Positions 27,399-36,813 of a stretch of 55,130 nucleotides of DNA are shown piece after piece. The notes below the pieces were generated by a model. That model had not been told where the DNA came from, did not search any database, and saw only the letters and a program-made list of their open reading frames with translations. The first letter of the stretch is position 1, and every line of letters begins with the position of its first letter. Source of the stretch: Hyphomicrobiales bacterium (lineage in GTDB: Bacteria; Pseudomonadota; Alphaproteobacteria; Rhizobiales; Beijerinckiaceae). The DNA lies in contig JANMLW010000064.1 of assembly GCA_031372765.1 (NCBI GenBank), forward strand, positions 1 to 55,130, given 5' to 3'. Both the position numbers and the translations under genes were made by a program.

Positions 27399-28097
27399 AT
27401 GCCCCTCGACGCCGCTGCCATCAAGACCCTGCAAGCCGTTTCCACTGCAACCATCACAACTGTGCTGTTGAAAAAGGGTCTGCGCAATGTCTGGATGCGT
27501 GGCACCAAGCCATTGAAGCCGGGTCAACCGCGATTGGTCGGCCCTGCCTTCACCCTGCGGTTTGTGCCAGCCCGCGAAGATCTGGCGACTCCCGAAAGCT
27601 GGTCGTCGCCCACCTCCACCCGTGCCGCCATAGAGGCGATGCCCGAAGGCTGTATAGCGGTTGTCGATGCCATGGGCGTGACGGATGCCGGAATTTTTGG
27701 CGATATCCTTTGTGCCCGCATGGCGCAGCGCAAGGTGGCTGGACTGGTGTCGGACGGTGTGATCCGCGACTATGCTGGGGTCATGGGTACGGGCTTGCCC
27801 GTCTGGTGTCAGGGCGTCGCCGCTCCGGCTTCGGTTGCTGGCCTCACCTTCGTGAACTGGCAGGAGCCGATTGCCTGCGGTGGTGTGGCCGTGTTCCCCG
27901 ATGATATCGTGGTGGTGGACGATGATGGTGCCGTGTTGATTCCCAAGGCTTTTCTGTATGATGTGCTTAAACTCGGACCGGAACAGGAGCGTATGGAAGC
28001 CTGGATCATGGATGAAGTGGCCAAGGGCCTGCCATTGCCGGGGCTTTATCCGATGAATGCGGAGACAAAGGCCCGTTACGAGGCCAGCAAGGGCTGA
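27399..28097 (+). CDS. RraA-family protein (aldolase/decarboxylase or RNase E regulator-like)
   Basis: Carries [24 protein letters not shown] and DDDGAVLIP, which is the RraA-like pattern. Confidence 0.78.
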   Translation: MPLDAAAIKTLQAVSTATITTVLLKKGLRNVWMRGTKPLKPGQPRLVGPAFTLRFVPAREDLATPESWSSPTSTRAAIEAMPEGCIAVVDAMGVTDAGIFGDILCARMAQRKVAGLVSDGVIRDYAGVMGTGLPVWCQGVAAPASVAGLTFVNWQEPIACGGVAVFPDDIVVVDDDGAVLIPKAFLYDVLKLGPEQERMEAWIMDEVAKGLPLPGLYPMNAETKARYEASKG

Positions 28098-28173
28098 ACA
28101 ACTTACCCCTCGACGCACCCTGAAATTCGGTTAATCTCCTTCTGGTCTGTTGCGCCACGAGGGAGAGTGCCCG

Positions 28174-28776
28174 ATGTCGAAATACACACCGCCTACCTCA
28201 TTCGCCGATGTGCCATTCGCTTTGGTGCGCCCCTTCGTATCCGTGCGCGCACTATGCACCCTTATTGCGGTCACGCCGTCAGGTCTGGTCAACGCCCATG
28301 TGCCCGTATTGCTGACGGAGGATGCCGAGGGCAACCCGGTGCTTGAGGGGCATGTGGCGAGAACAACCACCGCCTTTGACCAGATAAACGGTGCCGTCAC
28401 CGCCATCGCCATGTTCCAGAAGGAACAGGATTATGGCTTGCCGGAGAAAGCGCGCATCAGCGACGCGAACCAGCCTTACGGTGCGGTACATTTGCACGGC
28501 GTGCTGGAAATGGTGCGCGACACGGATTTCCAGATGGCCAATATCGAGGCGCTGTCGGATCATCATATCGCTGCCAAGATACACCCCTGGAACGCGCCAG
28601 ATCTGCCCCGCGCATTCAAGGAAGTACTGGCCGACAAGACCGTTGGCCTGCGTTTCCGCATCGAGCGGGCGCAGGCTTGTCACGCTTATATCGCCAAGGG
28701 TCAGGGCCGTACCGACGGGATCGTGGATATCGACCCGCGGGAGTTCACCAGCCCGAATTGTCGACCACGGGTGTGA
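28174..28776 (+). CDS. PaiB-family FMN-binding putative transcriptional regulator
   Basis: Carries the N-terminus MSKYTPPTSFA, then LEGHVARTT, VHLHG, and VGLRFRIERAQ near the C-terminus. Confidence 0.72.
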   Translation: MSKYTPPTSFADVPFALVRPFVSVRALCTLIAVTPSGLVNAHVPVLLTEDAEGNPVLEGHVARTTTAFDQINGAVTAIAMFQKEQDYGLPEKARISDANQPYGAVHLHGVLEMVRDTDFQMANIEALSDHHIAAKIHPWNAPDLPRAFKEVLADKTVGLRFRIERAQACHAYIAKGQGRTDGIVDIDPREFTSPNCRPRV

Positions 28777-28813
28777 GGTAGGCTAACGTGTTGTCCCAAT
28801 TGCTTCTGCGGTC

Positions 28814-29830
28814 TTAAAAAATACGCCGCGTTGTCTGACCAGCAGCCAGTGTCGCAGGCACAATCCGGCAATTGTCGACTTTGGCCCCGTGCATGCGAGC
28901 CAGCAGTTGCTGCGCACCCAGTGACCCCATCAGCAGGCGTGGCGTGATGAGCGTCGTCAGGGGCTTTACCAGTACTGCATTGATGCCAAGATTGTTGAAA
29001 CCTACAATACCGATATCCTCGGGAATACGCAGTCCATGCTTTTCGCATGTCGTGAGTCCGCCGAAAGCCATGTGGTCATTGAGATAGCAGATGCAATCAG
29101 GCTTTGCCGCCGGTGATTCAAGAAGGCTCAGGGTGCCCATCATACCCGCCTCGAAACTGGCATGCCGCTGGCTGCGGATCACCCGCACATCATGGCCGTC
29201 GGTTTTCTGATAAATGGCGCAAAGCCCGGCAAGCCGTTTCTCGGCTCGTGGATCACGTCCCGCTTCAATGCCGATGAAGGCAGGTCGCCTGTAGCCCAAC
29301 TGAAACAGGTGCTGGCCCAGATGTCTGCCCGCCGCCTCATGGTCCATGCCCACGCAGATATCGATGGGGTCCCGGCAGATATCCCAGATTTCGAGGGTCG
29401 GGATAGCGGCCTGCCGCAACTGGTGCCGGACAGAGTCTGCATGATCCACACCGCTGAGTACAACGGCAGCAGGACGCCAGTCCAGCATGCGCTCCACCCA
29501 GCTGGCCTCGCGCGAGGGATCGTAGTCGGAGTTATCAAGAACAATATCAAACCCTGCCATCTCGAAAGTGCGGCGCATGCCATCGAGAATATCGGCAAAC
29601 ACCTCATTGAACAGTGTAGGCAGCGAAATGCCGATCAGTGTGGAGTTGGCGGCGGCCAGCGATGCAGCGTTGCGGTTTGGCCGATATCCCAGTGTCTTTG
29701 CCAAGGCCGTGATTTCCGCGCGCTTGCGGGCCGATACACCTTCAATGCCGCGCAAGGCCCGCGATACGGTCATTATGCTGACATCGGCAGCCCTTGCAAC
29801 GTCGTGAATGGTGGGACGTACTTGCGACAT
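28814..29830 (-). CDS. LacI-family transcriptional regulator
   Basis: Has an N-terminal HTH (TIHDVARAADVSIMTVSRALRG) and a periplasmic-binding-protein-like effector domain. Confidence 0.92.
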   Translation of the reverse strand: MSQVRPTIHDVARAADVSIMTVSRALRGIEGVSARKRAEITALAKTLGYRPNRNAASLAAANSTLIGISLPTLFNEVFADILDGMRRTFEMAGFDIVLDNSDYDPSREASWVERMLDWRPAAVVLSGVDHADSVRHQLRQAAIPTLEIWDICRDPIDICVGMDHEAAGRHLGQHLFQLGYRRPAFIGIEAGRDPRAEKRLAGLCAIYQKTDGHDVRVIRSQRHASFEAGMMGTLSLLESPAAKPDCICYLNDHMAFGGLTTCEKHGLRIPEDIGIVGFNNLGINAVLVKPLTTLITPRLLMGSLGAQQLLARMHGAKVDNCRIVPATLAAGQTTRRIF

Positions 29831-29849
29831 TGGTATGCTTTCAGACGTT

Positions 29850-29863
29850 CGTTAGCGCTAACG
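29850..29863. promoter_or_regulatory. Perfect 14-bp palindrome CGTTAGCGCTAACG, a candidate LacI-family operator
   Basis: The sequence equals its own reverse complement. It lies in the 98-bp divergent region between the LacI gene and the sugar ABC operon. Confidence 0.6.
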
Positions 29864-29928
29864 TAGATTAGCTGTTGTGCATATTAACAAGCGTTTTGTC
29901 ATCCCCCATAAAGAGCGTCGAAATCTGA

Positions 29929-31026
29929 ATGACGGGAAGTTTTGTGCCTGAGATCGTCTTTGACAGGGTTGAGAAAAAATTTGGCTCGGTTCAGGTGCTT
30001 CCTCCGCTTGACCTGAAACTCAATGACGGGGAGTTCACAGTGCTGGTTGGCCCGTCCGGTTGCGGAAAATCGACCACCTTGCGCATTCTTGCCGGACTGG
30101 AGACGCTGACTTCAGGCGAGATATATTTTGATGGCAAGCCTGTCAGCAGGCTCGATCCCAAGGACCGTGACATTGCGATGGTGTTTCAGGATTATGCGCT
30201 TTATCCGCATATGAACATCGCCAGGAACATGTCTTTTGCCCTACGGTTGAAGCGGGTTCCCAAAGCCGAGATCGATGCCAAGGTGAAGGCCGTGGCTGGC
30301 ATGCTGAACATCGGACATCTGCTTGAGCGCAAACCGGGTGAGCTTTCGGGCGGCCAGCGGCAGCGCGTTGCCATGGGACGCGCCCTGACACGGGATGCGG
30401 GAACCTTTCTCTTCGATGAGCCGCTCTCCAACCTTGATGCCAAGTTGCGCGGAAAATTGCGGACGGAACTGGCCGAAATGCGCACGCGCATTGACAAGAA
30501 CATGGTCTATGTCACCCACGATCAGGTGGAAGCCATGACACTGGGCGATCGCATCGTGGTCATGTCGGAAGGCGTGATCCAGCAGCAGGGTACACCGCAG
30601 GACCTGTTTGAGCGTCCGGTGAACCAATTTGTTGCAGGCTTCATCGGCAGTCCCTCCATGAACTTCATGGACGGACACATCAGCCATGATGTCGGGCAGA
30701 TGTGGGTGAGCGGTGACGGATATCGCCTGCCGTTATCGGAAGAAACGGCACGTCGTCTGGACAAGGCAACGGCTAGGGAAATTGTTGTCGGTCTTCGTCC
30801 TTCTGCCTTCACGCTGGATACATCGCGCAGGGCTTCCATAGCGCTGAGGATCGTGGTGGCGGAGTATCTGGGCAGCATTTCCATGCTGGCCACACGCTGC
30901 GGTGCGACTGATATGCTGGTCGAGACGCCCAGCGCAACATTGCCGAAACCCGGTGAGACAATCACCTTCGGACTCAATCCGGGTGACATCATGATTTTTG
31001 ACAAGAAGAGCGGCAAAACGCTTTGA
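29929..31026 (+). CDS. Sugar ABC transporter ATP-binding protein (UgpC/MalK type)
   Basis: Carries Walker A GPSGCGKST, the signature LSGGQRQRVA, Walker B FLFDEPLSNLD, and a C-terminal TOBE-like domain. Confidence 0.93.
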   Translation: MTGSFVPEIVFDRVEKKFGSVQVLPPLDLKLNDGEFTVLVGPSGCGKSTTLRILAGLETLTSGEIYFDGKPVSRLDPKDRDIAMVFQDYALYPHMNIARNMSFALRLKRVPKAEIDAKVKAVAGMLNIGHLLERKPGELSGGQRQRVAMGRALTRDAGTFLFDEPLSNLDAKLRGKLRTELAEMRTRIDKNMVYVTHDQVEAMTLGDRIVVMSEGVIQQQGTPQDLFERPVNQFVAGFIGSPSMNFMDGHISHDVGQMWVSGDGYRLPLSEETARRLDKATAREIVVGLRPSAFTLDTSRRASIALRIVVAEYLGSISMLATRCGATDMLVETPSATLPKPGETITFGLNPGDIMIFDKKSGKTL

Positions 31027-31076
31027 ACAATACAGATAACAAAATCCAAGGGATAAACACCGTGAGGGAGAACACC

Positions 31077-32420
31077 ATGAGACTAAAACTGAAATCCATC
31101 GTACTGGCCGCCGGTCTTGCGATGATGGCATCAACTGCCATGACATCAGCCGCATTGGCCAACCCGTATCAGCCCCATCGCGGCAAGACACTGGTGGTCA
31201 ATTTTCCAGCCCACCCGCATTATTCCGCCGTCATGAAGGTGCTGCCTGAATTCACCAAGGAAACGGGCATCAAGGTTGAGGTCGACCAGCTCGAATTTCT
31301 GAAAATGCGCGAGAAGCAGACGCTCGAACTCACCAAGGCAAAGGGTGATTATGACCTGATTTCCTACGTGGTGTTTTCCAAAGCTGATTATGTCTTTGCC
31401 GATCAGCTGGAAAATCTTGCCCGCTATTTCATGAACCCGCGCCTTGCCGATCCCGCCTATGATGCAGCCGACATCATTCCCGGTTACATGCAGAACATCG
31501 GCGTGGCCGGTGGGGAGAAAGGGTATCTGCCAGGACCAACAGGCTCGCTGTTTGGCATTCCCTTCGGCTCTGAAACTTCGGCACTGGCCTATCGCAAGGA
31601 TATCTTTGCCAAGCATAACCTCAAGGTTCCCACTACCTACGACGAGATGATGGACCTTGCCTGCAAGATACCGCAGCTTGAAAAAGGCATGGGTGGCCTC
31701 GCCTCGCGTGCGGCTTCCGGGCATCATGCTGCCCATGCCTATCTCCTGCATCTTGCCCCTCTGGGCGGGCGTGTCTTTGATGCCAACTGGAATCCGATCA
31801 TCAACAGTGCAGCCGGTGTAAAGGCGGCTGAAACCTTGAAGAAGATTGTGGATTGCGGGCCTGAGGGCGCCAAGACTTTCGGCTTTGCCGAGGCCGGTGC
31901 TGCCTTCCTGCAGGGCAAGACCGCGATGTATCTTGATTCAACCGTTCTCTCCGGCCAGACCGAGGACCCCAGCCGCTCGAAAGTGGTTGGTCAGGTAGGC
32001 TGGGCCATGCATCCGATGGATGTGAGGCGTGGCTCGCAGACTGGCGGTTTCGGCATCGGCATCCCGCGCAATGCAAAGGAAAAGGACGCAGCCTTCCTGC
32101 TCATGCAGTGGCTGACATCAAAATCAGCCGACAAGTTGATTGCGATGCAGGGTGGCAATCCCATCCGCTTCTCCACCCATTCCGATGCCGAGGTGAATGC
32201 CAAGTTCCCGTTCATGGCCACATTCGGCGAGGCCCTGAAGCATGCTGATCCGGACTGGCGCCCGATCATCCCGGCCTGGGGCAAGATCAACGCTGATCTG
32301 GGTACAACCCTGTCCAAGGTCCTGACCGAGAATTTGGATGTGAAGCAGGCGATGGACGGTATTGCGACACGGACCAAGGCAGTCATGACCGAAGCGGGCT
32401 ACGATACTTTCCGCAAGTAA
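31077..32420 (+). CDS. Sugar ABC transporter periplasmic substrate-binding protein
   Basis: Has a signal peptide (MRLKLKSIVLAAGLAMMASTAMTSAALA). A GAGGGAG Shine-Dalgarno sequence lies 7 nt upstream of the ATG at 31077. Confidence 0.9.
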   Translation: MRLKLKSIVLAAGLAMMASTAMTSAALANPYQPHRGKTLVVNFPAHPHYSAVMKVLPEFTKETGIKVEVDQLEFLKMREKQTLELTKAKGDYDLISYVVFSKADYVFADQLENLARYFMNPRLADPAYDAADIIPGYMQNIGVAGGEKGYLPGPTGSLFGIPFGSETSALAYRKDIFAKHNLKVPTTYDEMMDLACKIPQLEKGMGGLASRAASGHHAAHAYLLHLAPLGGRVFDANWNPIINSAAGVKAAETLKKIVDCGPEGAKTFGFAEAGAAFLQGKTAMYLDSTVLSGQTEDPSRSKVVGQVGWAMHPMDVRRGSQTGGFGIGIPRNAKEKDAAFLLMQWLTSKSADKLIAMQGGNPIRFSTHSDAEVNAKFPFMATFGEALKHADPDWRPIIPAWGKINADLGTTLSKVLTENLDVKQAMDGIATRTKAVMTEAGYDTFRK

Positions 32421-32454
32421 GAGCGTTGTCGCAAATACTGCGCATGTCTGAGAC

Positions 32455-32484
32455 ACCGGCGGGGGGCTTGTACTCCCTGCCGGT
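32455..32484 (+). promoter_or_regulatory. Intercistronic stem-loop directly after the binding-protein gene
   Basis: ACCGGCGGGG pairs with CCCTGCCGGT (10 bp including one G-U pair) around a 10-nt loop. There is no U-tract. Confidence 0.5.
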
Positions 32485-32516
32485 CATTCGGTTGAATTCC
32501 GCACCCTGAGTCCGTC

Positions 32517-33437
32517 ATGCAAGCTGCCAATACCCATCGGCTTACACCCTACCTCTTCCTGATGCCTGCGCTGGCGATCCTTGCGGTCGCCTTGATGTAT
32601 CCCATTGGCTATATGGTCTATGCCAGCTTTCTGGACTGGAACCCAAGCCAGCGCATTGGCGAGGCTGCCTGGGTTGGCTGGCGCAATTACCTGTTCCTGT
32701 TCAGCGATCCGACGTTTCACGAATCCTTCGGCGTCACGATGATTTTTGCGGCTTCCGTGGTCAGCATCGAGATGTTTCTGGGGGTGGGACTGGCCCTGTT
32801 GCTCGATCGCAATATCCGGGGATTGTCCCTGCTACGGACCCTGTTCATTCTACCCATGATGATTGCGCCGATCGTGGTCGGCCTGATGTGGCGGTTGATG
32901 TATCACCCCACTGTCGGCACGTTCAACCGCACGCTCAAATCGCTGGGCATGGCACCCGTGCCCTGGCTATCGGATTCCAACTGGGCATTGGTTTCCATCA
33001 TAATCGCCGATATCTGGCAGTGGACGCCGTTCATTTTCATTCTCGCTCTCGCCGCCCTGCAATCCCTGCCGAAGTCGGTCGTGGAGGCCGCCCGGATCGA
33101 CGGGGCCAACACCTGGCAACAGATTCTCTATATCAAATTGCCACTGATGCTGCCGGTGCTGATCGTCACCTGCCTGCTGCGCCTCATCGATGCCTTCAAG
33201 GTGCTGGAGGTCGTTCTGGTGCTGACAAACGGCGGGCCGGGACTATCGACGGAAATCCTGTCCCTGCGCATTTCCCGCACGGCCTCCGAGTTTCGTGAAC
33301 TGGGCAAGGCGGCGGCCATGTCCAATATCCTGCTCTTTGTCCTGCTGGTGCTGACAATTGCCATGTTCATCTATGGCAAGGTTGTCGAGGCACGTCAGAT
33401 CCGGTTGCGAGCCATTGCCGAAGGAGCTGGCCAATGA
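32517..33437 (+). CDS. Sugar ABC transporter permease (MalF/UgpA-like)
   Basis: Six-TM pattern with an EAA loop (VEAARIDGANTWQ). Confidence 0.92.
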   Translation: MQAANTHRLTPYLFLMPALAILAVALMYPIGYMVYASFLDWNPSQRIGEAAWVGWRNYLFLFSDPTFHESFGVTMIFAASVVSIEMFLGVGLALLLDRNIRGLSLLRTLFILPMMIAPIVVGLMWRLMYHPTVGTFNRTLKSLGMAPVPWLSDSNWALVSIIIADIWQWTPFIFILALAALQSLPKSVVEAARIDGANTWQQILYIKLPLMLPVLIVTCLLRLIDAFKVLEVVLVLTNGGPGLSTEILSLRISRTASEFRELGKAAAMSNILLFVLLVLTIAMFIYGKVVEARQIRLRAIAEGAGQ

Positions 33438-34324
33438 GCGAGCGTATCGAGACACAGCGCCAGCATCCGGGCTTTTATGCCCTTTTGGTGGCACTCGTCG
33501 TCATGTCGGTAGGCCCCATCGTGCTGATGCTGATGACGTCACTCAAGCTCAATGTCGAGATAATGAGCGACACGTCGAGCCTGATCTTCATGCCGACGAT
33601 GCGCAACTACGAGGCGGTGCTGTGCGATGTGCTGTGGTACAAGCCGACAGCGGTTAACAGCTGTGATCCAACTTTTGGGCGCGCCCTTGGGAACTCGCTG
33701 TTCATTGCCACGACCGCCACGATCCTGACCTTGGTCATCGGTTGCATGGCGGCCTATGCCATCGTCCGGTTCCGTTTTTTCGGGCGCGACGGCCTGTCAC
33801 TGACGACACTGATCATGCGCATGGTGCCCCCTGCAGTGTTGCTTGTGCCAGTCTTCGGCATCTGGACATTCCAGTTCTGCATCGGCGACAGCTGCGCGGC
33901 TGGCACCCATTGGGGCATCATCCTCATCTATGTCGCCATGAATCTGCCCTTCGTGATCTGGATATTGCAGAGTTTCATCGCGCAGGTGCCGATCCAGCTG
34001 GAGGAGGCCGCGCGCATCGATGGCGCAGGGCCCTTTCGGGTGTTCTTCCTTATCGTCCTGCCGCTGATCAAGCCGGGCCTTGCGGCGGCCGCTATCTTCA
34101 CCTTCCGGATTGCATGGAATGAGTTTCTTCTGGCCAATGCGCTGGCAGACCGCAAGACACGCACCGTGCCTGTGACAATCGTCAATTCGCTGACCGAGTA
34201 CAATATCGACTGGGGCGTGATCATGGCCACGGGCATGCTGCTTGCCATTCCTCCCATCATTTTCACTTTTGTTGCCTCGCGTCAGATCATCACCGGCATG
34301 ACAGCTGGCGCAGTCAAGGGCTGA
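33434..34324 (+). CDS. Sugar ABC transporter permease (MalG/UgpE-like)
   Basis: Has an EAA loop (EEAARIDGAGPFRVF). An ATGA overlap links it to the preceding permease gene. Confidence 0.92.
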   Translation: MSERIETQRQHPGFYALLVALVVMSVGPIVLMLMTSLKLNVEIMSDTSSLIFMPTMRNYEAVLCDVLWYKPTAVNSCDPTFGRALGNSLFIATTATILTLVIGCMAAYAIVRFRFFGRDGLSLTTLIMRMVPPAVLLVPVFGIWTFQFCIGDSCAAGTHWGIILIYVAMNLPFVIWILQSFIAQVPIQLEEAARIDGAGPFRVFFLIVLPLIKPGLAAAAIFTFRIAWNEFLLANALADRKTRTVPVTIVNSLTEYNIDWGVIMATGMLLAIPPIIFTFVASRQIITGMTAGAVKG

Positions 34325-34340
34325 CCGATGATTGCGCGCC

Positions 34341-35063
34341 ATGCTTGACTGGTTGCTGCTGCCGATTGATCCGGGCCGGGCGCACGCGCTGAGTGCTGCG
34401 GTTGCATGGCACGGGCGTCTGATGACACTGGCCTGGGGCGTGGCGGTTCCCCTTGGCGTATTGATGGCACGGTACTACAAAATCCTTCCTGGGCAGGACT
34501 GGCCGAGCGAACGCGACAACAAGGTATGGTGGCACGCCCATCAGAGCTTGCATTATAGTGCGGGCATTCTGACACTCATCGGCGTGGTTCTCATTGTCCA
34601 GGGACTTGCCACCCTTGGCAGCAGTGGCAGGCATGCGGTTTTTGGCTGGGCCTTGGTGCTGCTGGCGCTGGGACAGTTTCTGGGAGGCTGGTTGCGCGGC
34701 AGCAAGGGCGGGCCAACCGACCCCGCGCCCGATGGCTCGCTCCACGGCGACCATTACGCGATGACGAAACGCCGTCTCGTCTTCGAATATGCGCACAAGT
34801 CTGGCGGCTACCTCGCGCTGGCTGTGGCGTGCGGGGCCGTCATCACCGGGTTGTGGAATGCCAATGCGCCCGTCTGGATGTGGCTGTCACTGACGCTATG
34901 GTGGACAGGGCTGTTGGTCTTTGCCACTGTCCTCCAGCGCAAGGGCCAGGCGATAGATACCTATCAGGCCATCTGGGGACCTGATCCTGTGCATCCGGGC
35001 AATGCGCGCAAGCCCATAGGCCTGGCGATCACCAGGCCGGGCAAACGGAAGGCCAGTCCATGA
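34341..35063 (+). CDS. Eukaryote-type cytochrome b561 domain membrane protein
   Basis: WHGRLMTLAWGVAVPLGVLMARYYK...WWHAHQSLH matches the pattern HG.LM..aWg...P.G...ARY.K...W..H...Q. Further conserved-position His residues occur in later helices. The start is the TTG at 34332 or the ATG at 34341. Confidence 0.6.
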   Translation: MLDWLLLPIDPGRAHALSAAVAWHGRLMTLAWGVAVPLGVLMARYYKILPGQDWPSERDNKVWWHAHQSLHYSAGILTLIGVVLIVQGLATLGSSGRHAVFGWALVLLALGQFLGGWLRGSKGGPTDPAPDGSLHGDHYAMTKRRLVFEYAHKSGGYLALAVACGAVITGLWNANAPVWMWLSLTLWWTGLLVFATVLQRKGQAIDTYQAIWGPDPVHPGNARKPIGLAITRPGKRKASP

Positions 35064-35965
35064 GTAGTTTTGACATTCAGGACCCGCGCTTTGCGCGTTT
35101 TGTCATGGGCAATGCACCGGTCAAGCAACTGGCAACAGGGTTCGACTGGGTGGAGGGGCCTGTCTGGTTTGGCGATGCAGATTGCTTGCTGTTTTCGGAT
35201 ATTCCCAACAACAGGATCATGCGCTGGACGCCCGGCGCAAATACTGCAATCTCTGTCATCAGCACCTATCGTCAGCCGTCAAATTTCTCGAACGGCCACA
35301 CCCGTGACAGGCAAGGGCGGCTTGTCTCCTGCGAGCATGGCGCCCGCCGCGTGACGCGCACTGAGCACGACGGCACAATCACCGTGATTGCCGACAGCTA
35401 TGACGGCAGGAAACTCAACTCTCCCAATGATGTCGTGGTCAAATCCGATGGCAGCATCTGGTTCACCGATCCGCATTACGGCATAATGACCGACTACGAA
35501 GGATACAGGGCGGAACAGGAATTGCCGTGTCATGTCTATCGCGTGGACGCCGCAACAGGCACCATAGAGGCTGTCGTCACCGATTTTGCCTGCCCGAACG
35601 GCCTGGCTTTTTCGCCCGATGAGCGGCGGCTCTACATCAGCGATACGGGGCGCATGTTCGGAAATGATCCAACCTATATACGCGCCTTTGATGTCGACGA
35701 TATTGGAGCGCTGTCAAATGATCATGTTTTTCAATCCGTCTCACACGGTGTCGCCGATGGCATCCGTGTCGATACAGATGGCAACCTGTGGAGTTCCGCC
35801 GCTGACGGCGTGCATTGTTTTGATCCCTCCGGAACACTTCTTGGCAAGATTCTGGTGCCTGAAACCGTATCCAACATCTGCTTTGGCGGACGTGGCAAGC
35901 ACCGGCTTTTCATCACCGCAACCACCAGCCTCTATGCCGTTTCGCTAAACCGGCAAGGGGTCTGA
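35060..35965 (+). CDS. SMP-30/gluconolactonase/LRE-family protein
   Basis: Carries EGPVWF, SDIPNNRI, NSPNDVVV and PNGLAFSPD. An ATGA overlap links it to the b561 gene. Confidence 0.88.
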   Translation: MSSFDIQDPRFARFVMGNAPVKQLATGFDWVEGPVWFGDADCLLFSDIPNNRIMRWTPGANTAISVISTYRQPSNFSNGHTRDRQGRLVSCEHGARRVTRTEHDGTITVIADSYDGRKLNSPNDVVVKSDGSIWFTDPHYGIMTDYEGYRAEQELPCHVYRVDAATGTIEAVVTDFACPNGLAFSPDERRLYISDTGRMFGNDPTYIRAFDVDDIGALSNDHVFQSVSHGVADGIRVDTDGNLWSSAADGVHCFDPSGTLLGKILVPETVSNICFGGRGKHRLFITATTSLYAVSLNRQGV

Positions 35966-35985
35966 ACGGACGCCAGTTCCAAGGG

Positions 35986-36813
35986 TCAAGCCGCTTTCGC
36001 ATCGCGCTTGATGACGGGGTTATCGGCCAGCAGGAAATCAACCAGCAGATCCCGCACCCTGGTGAACATGGCGACACCATTGCTGGTGGCAAGACCCATC
36101 GCCAGCGCCTCCGCTATTAACGGTGGCACTTCAGGTTTGGTGACCACATCGCCCACAAAATGTCCCCTGCGCAGGGAACCAGCACGGATTGGCAGGGGGT
36201 CACCTTCCCGCATGCCCAAAGGCGTGGCATTGAGCACGATGTCGTGGCCGCTGGCATCATTGTCAGTGGCAACCACCGGAAATCCGGCCGCCACCAGCCG
36301 CGCCACAAGCTCATCGCGCCGCACCGCATCGATATCGAACAGGCCCAGCTCAGCCACACCAGCCACAGCCACTGCATGGGCAATGGCGGTGCCCGCGCCA
36401 CCCGTGCCAACCAGCAGGGCACGCTTGCCGGTGAAGCGGCAGCCGTGGTCCTTGCAGGCGTCAACGAAACCCAGGCCATCGCACATGTCGCCGTGCAGAT
36501 GACCATCGGGCAGGCGGCGGATGACATTGACGGTCCGTAGAAACCGCGCGCGGTTCGTCACACTGTCACAGGATTCATAGGCCGCAAACTTGTGGGGAAC
36601 CGTGATGATCAGGCCATCGACATTGCGGGTCAGCCGCATCGCCGCAACATATGCTTGCCAGTCCGCCGGGGACACCTGCATGGCGACGCAGATGGCGTCA
36701 GCACCGCGTGACTCGAAGGCCTGTGTCACGCCGTGCGGGGATTTGACCTGCGCCACCGGATCGCCCACCAGTGGGAATAGCCGCGTAGCGCCATTGAGGT
36801 TATCGAGCATCAA
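35986..36813 (-). CDS. Shikimate/quinate dehydrogenase-family protein (AroE-like)
   Basis: Carries VGDPVAQVKSP, TVPHK, the NAD(P) loop VGTGGAGTAIA, and NATPLGM. Confidence 0.85.
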   Translation of the reverse strand: MMLDNLNGATRLFPLVGDPVAQVKSPHGVTQAFESRGADAICVAMQVSPADWQAYVAAMRLTRNVDGLIITVPHKFAAYESCDSVTNRARFLRTVNVIRRLPDGHLHGDMCDGLGFVDACKDHGCRFTGKRALLVGTGGAGTAIAHAVAVAGVAELGLFDIDAVRRDELVARLVAAGFPVVATDNDASGHDIVLNATPLGMREGDPLPIRAGSLRRGHFVGDVVTKPEVPPLIAEALAMGLATSNGVAMFTRVRDLLVDFLLADNPVIKRDAKAA

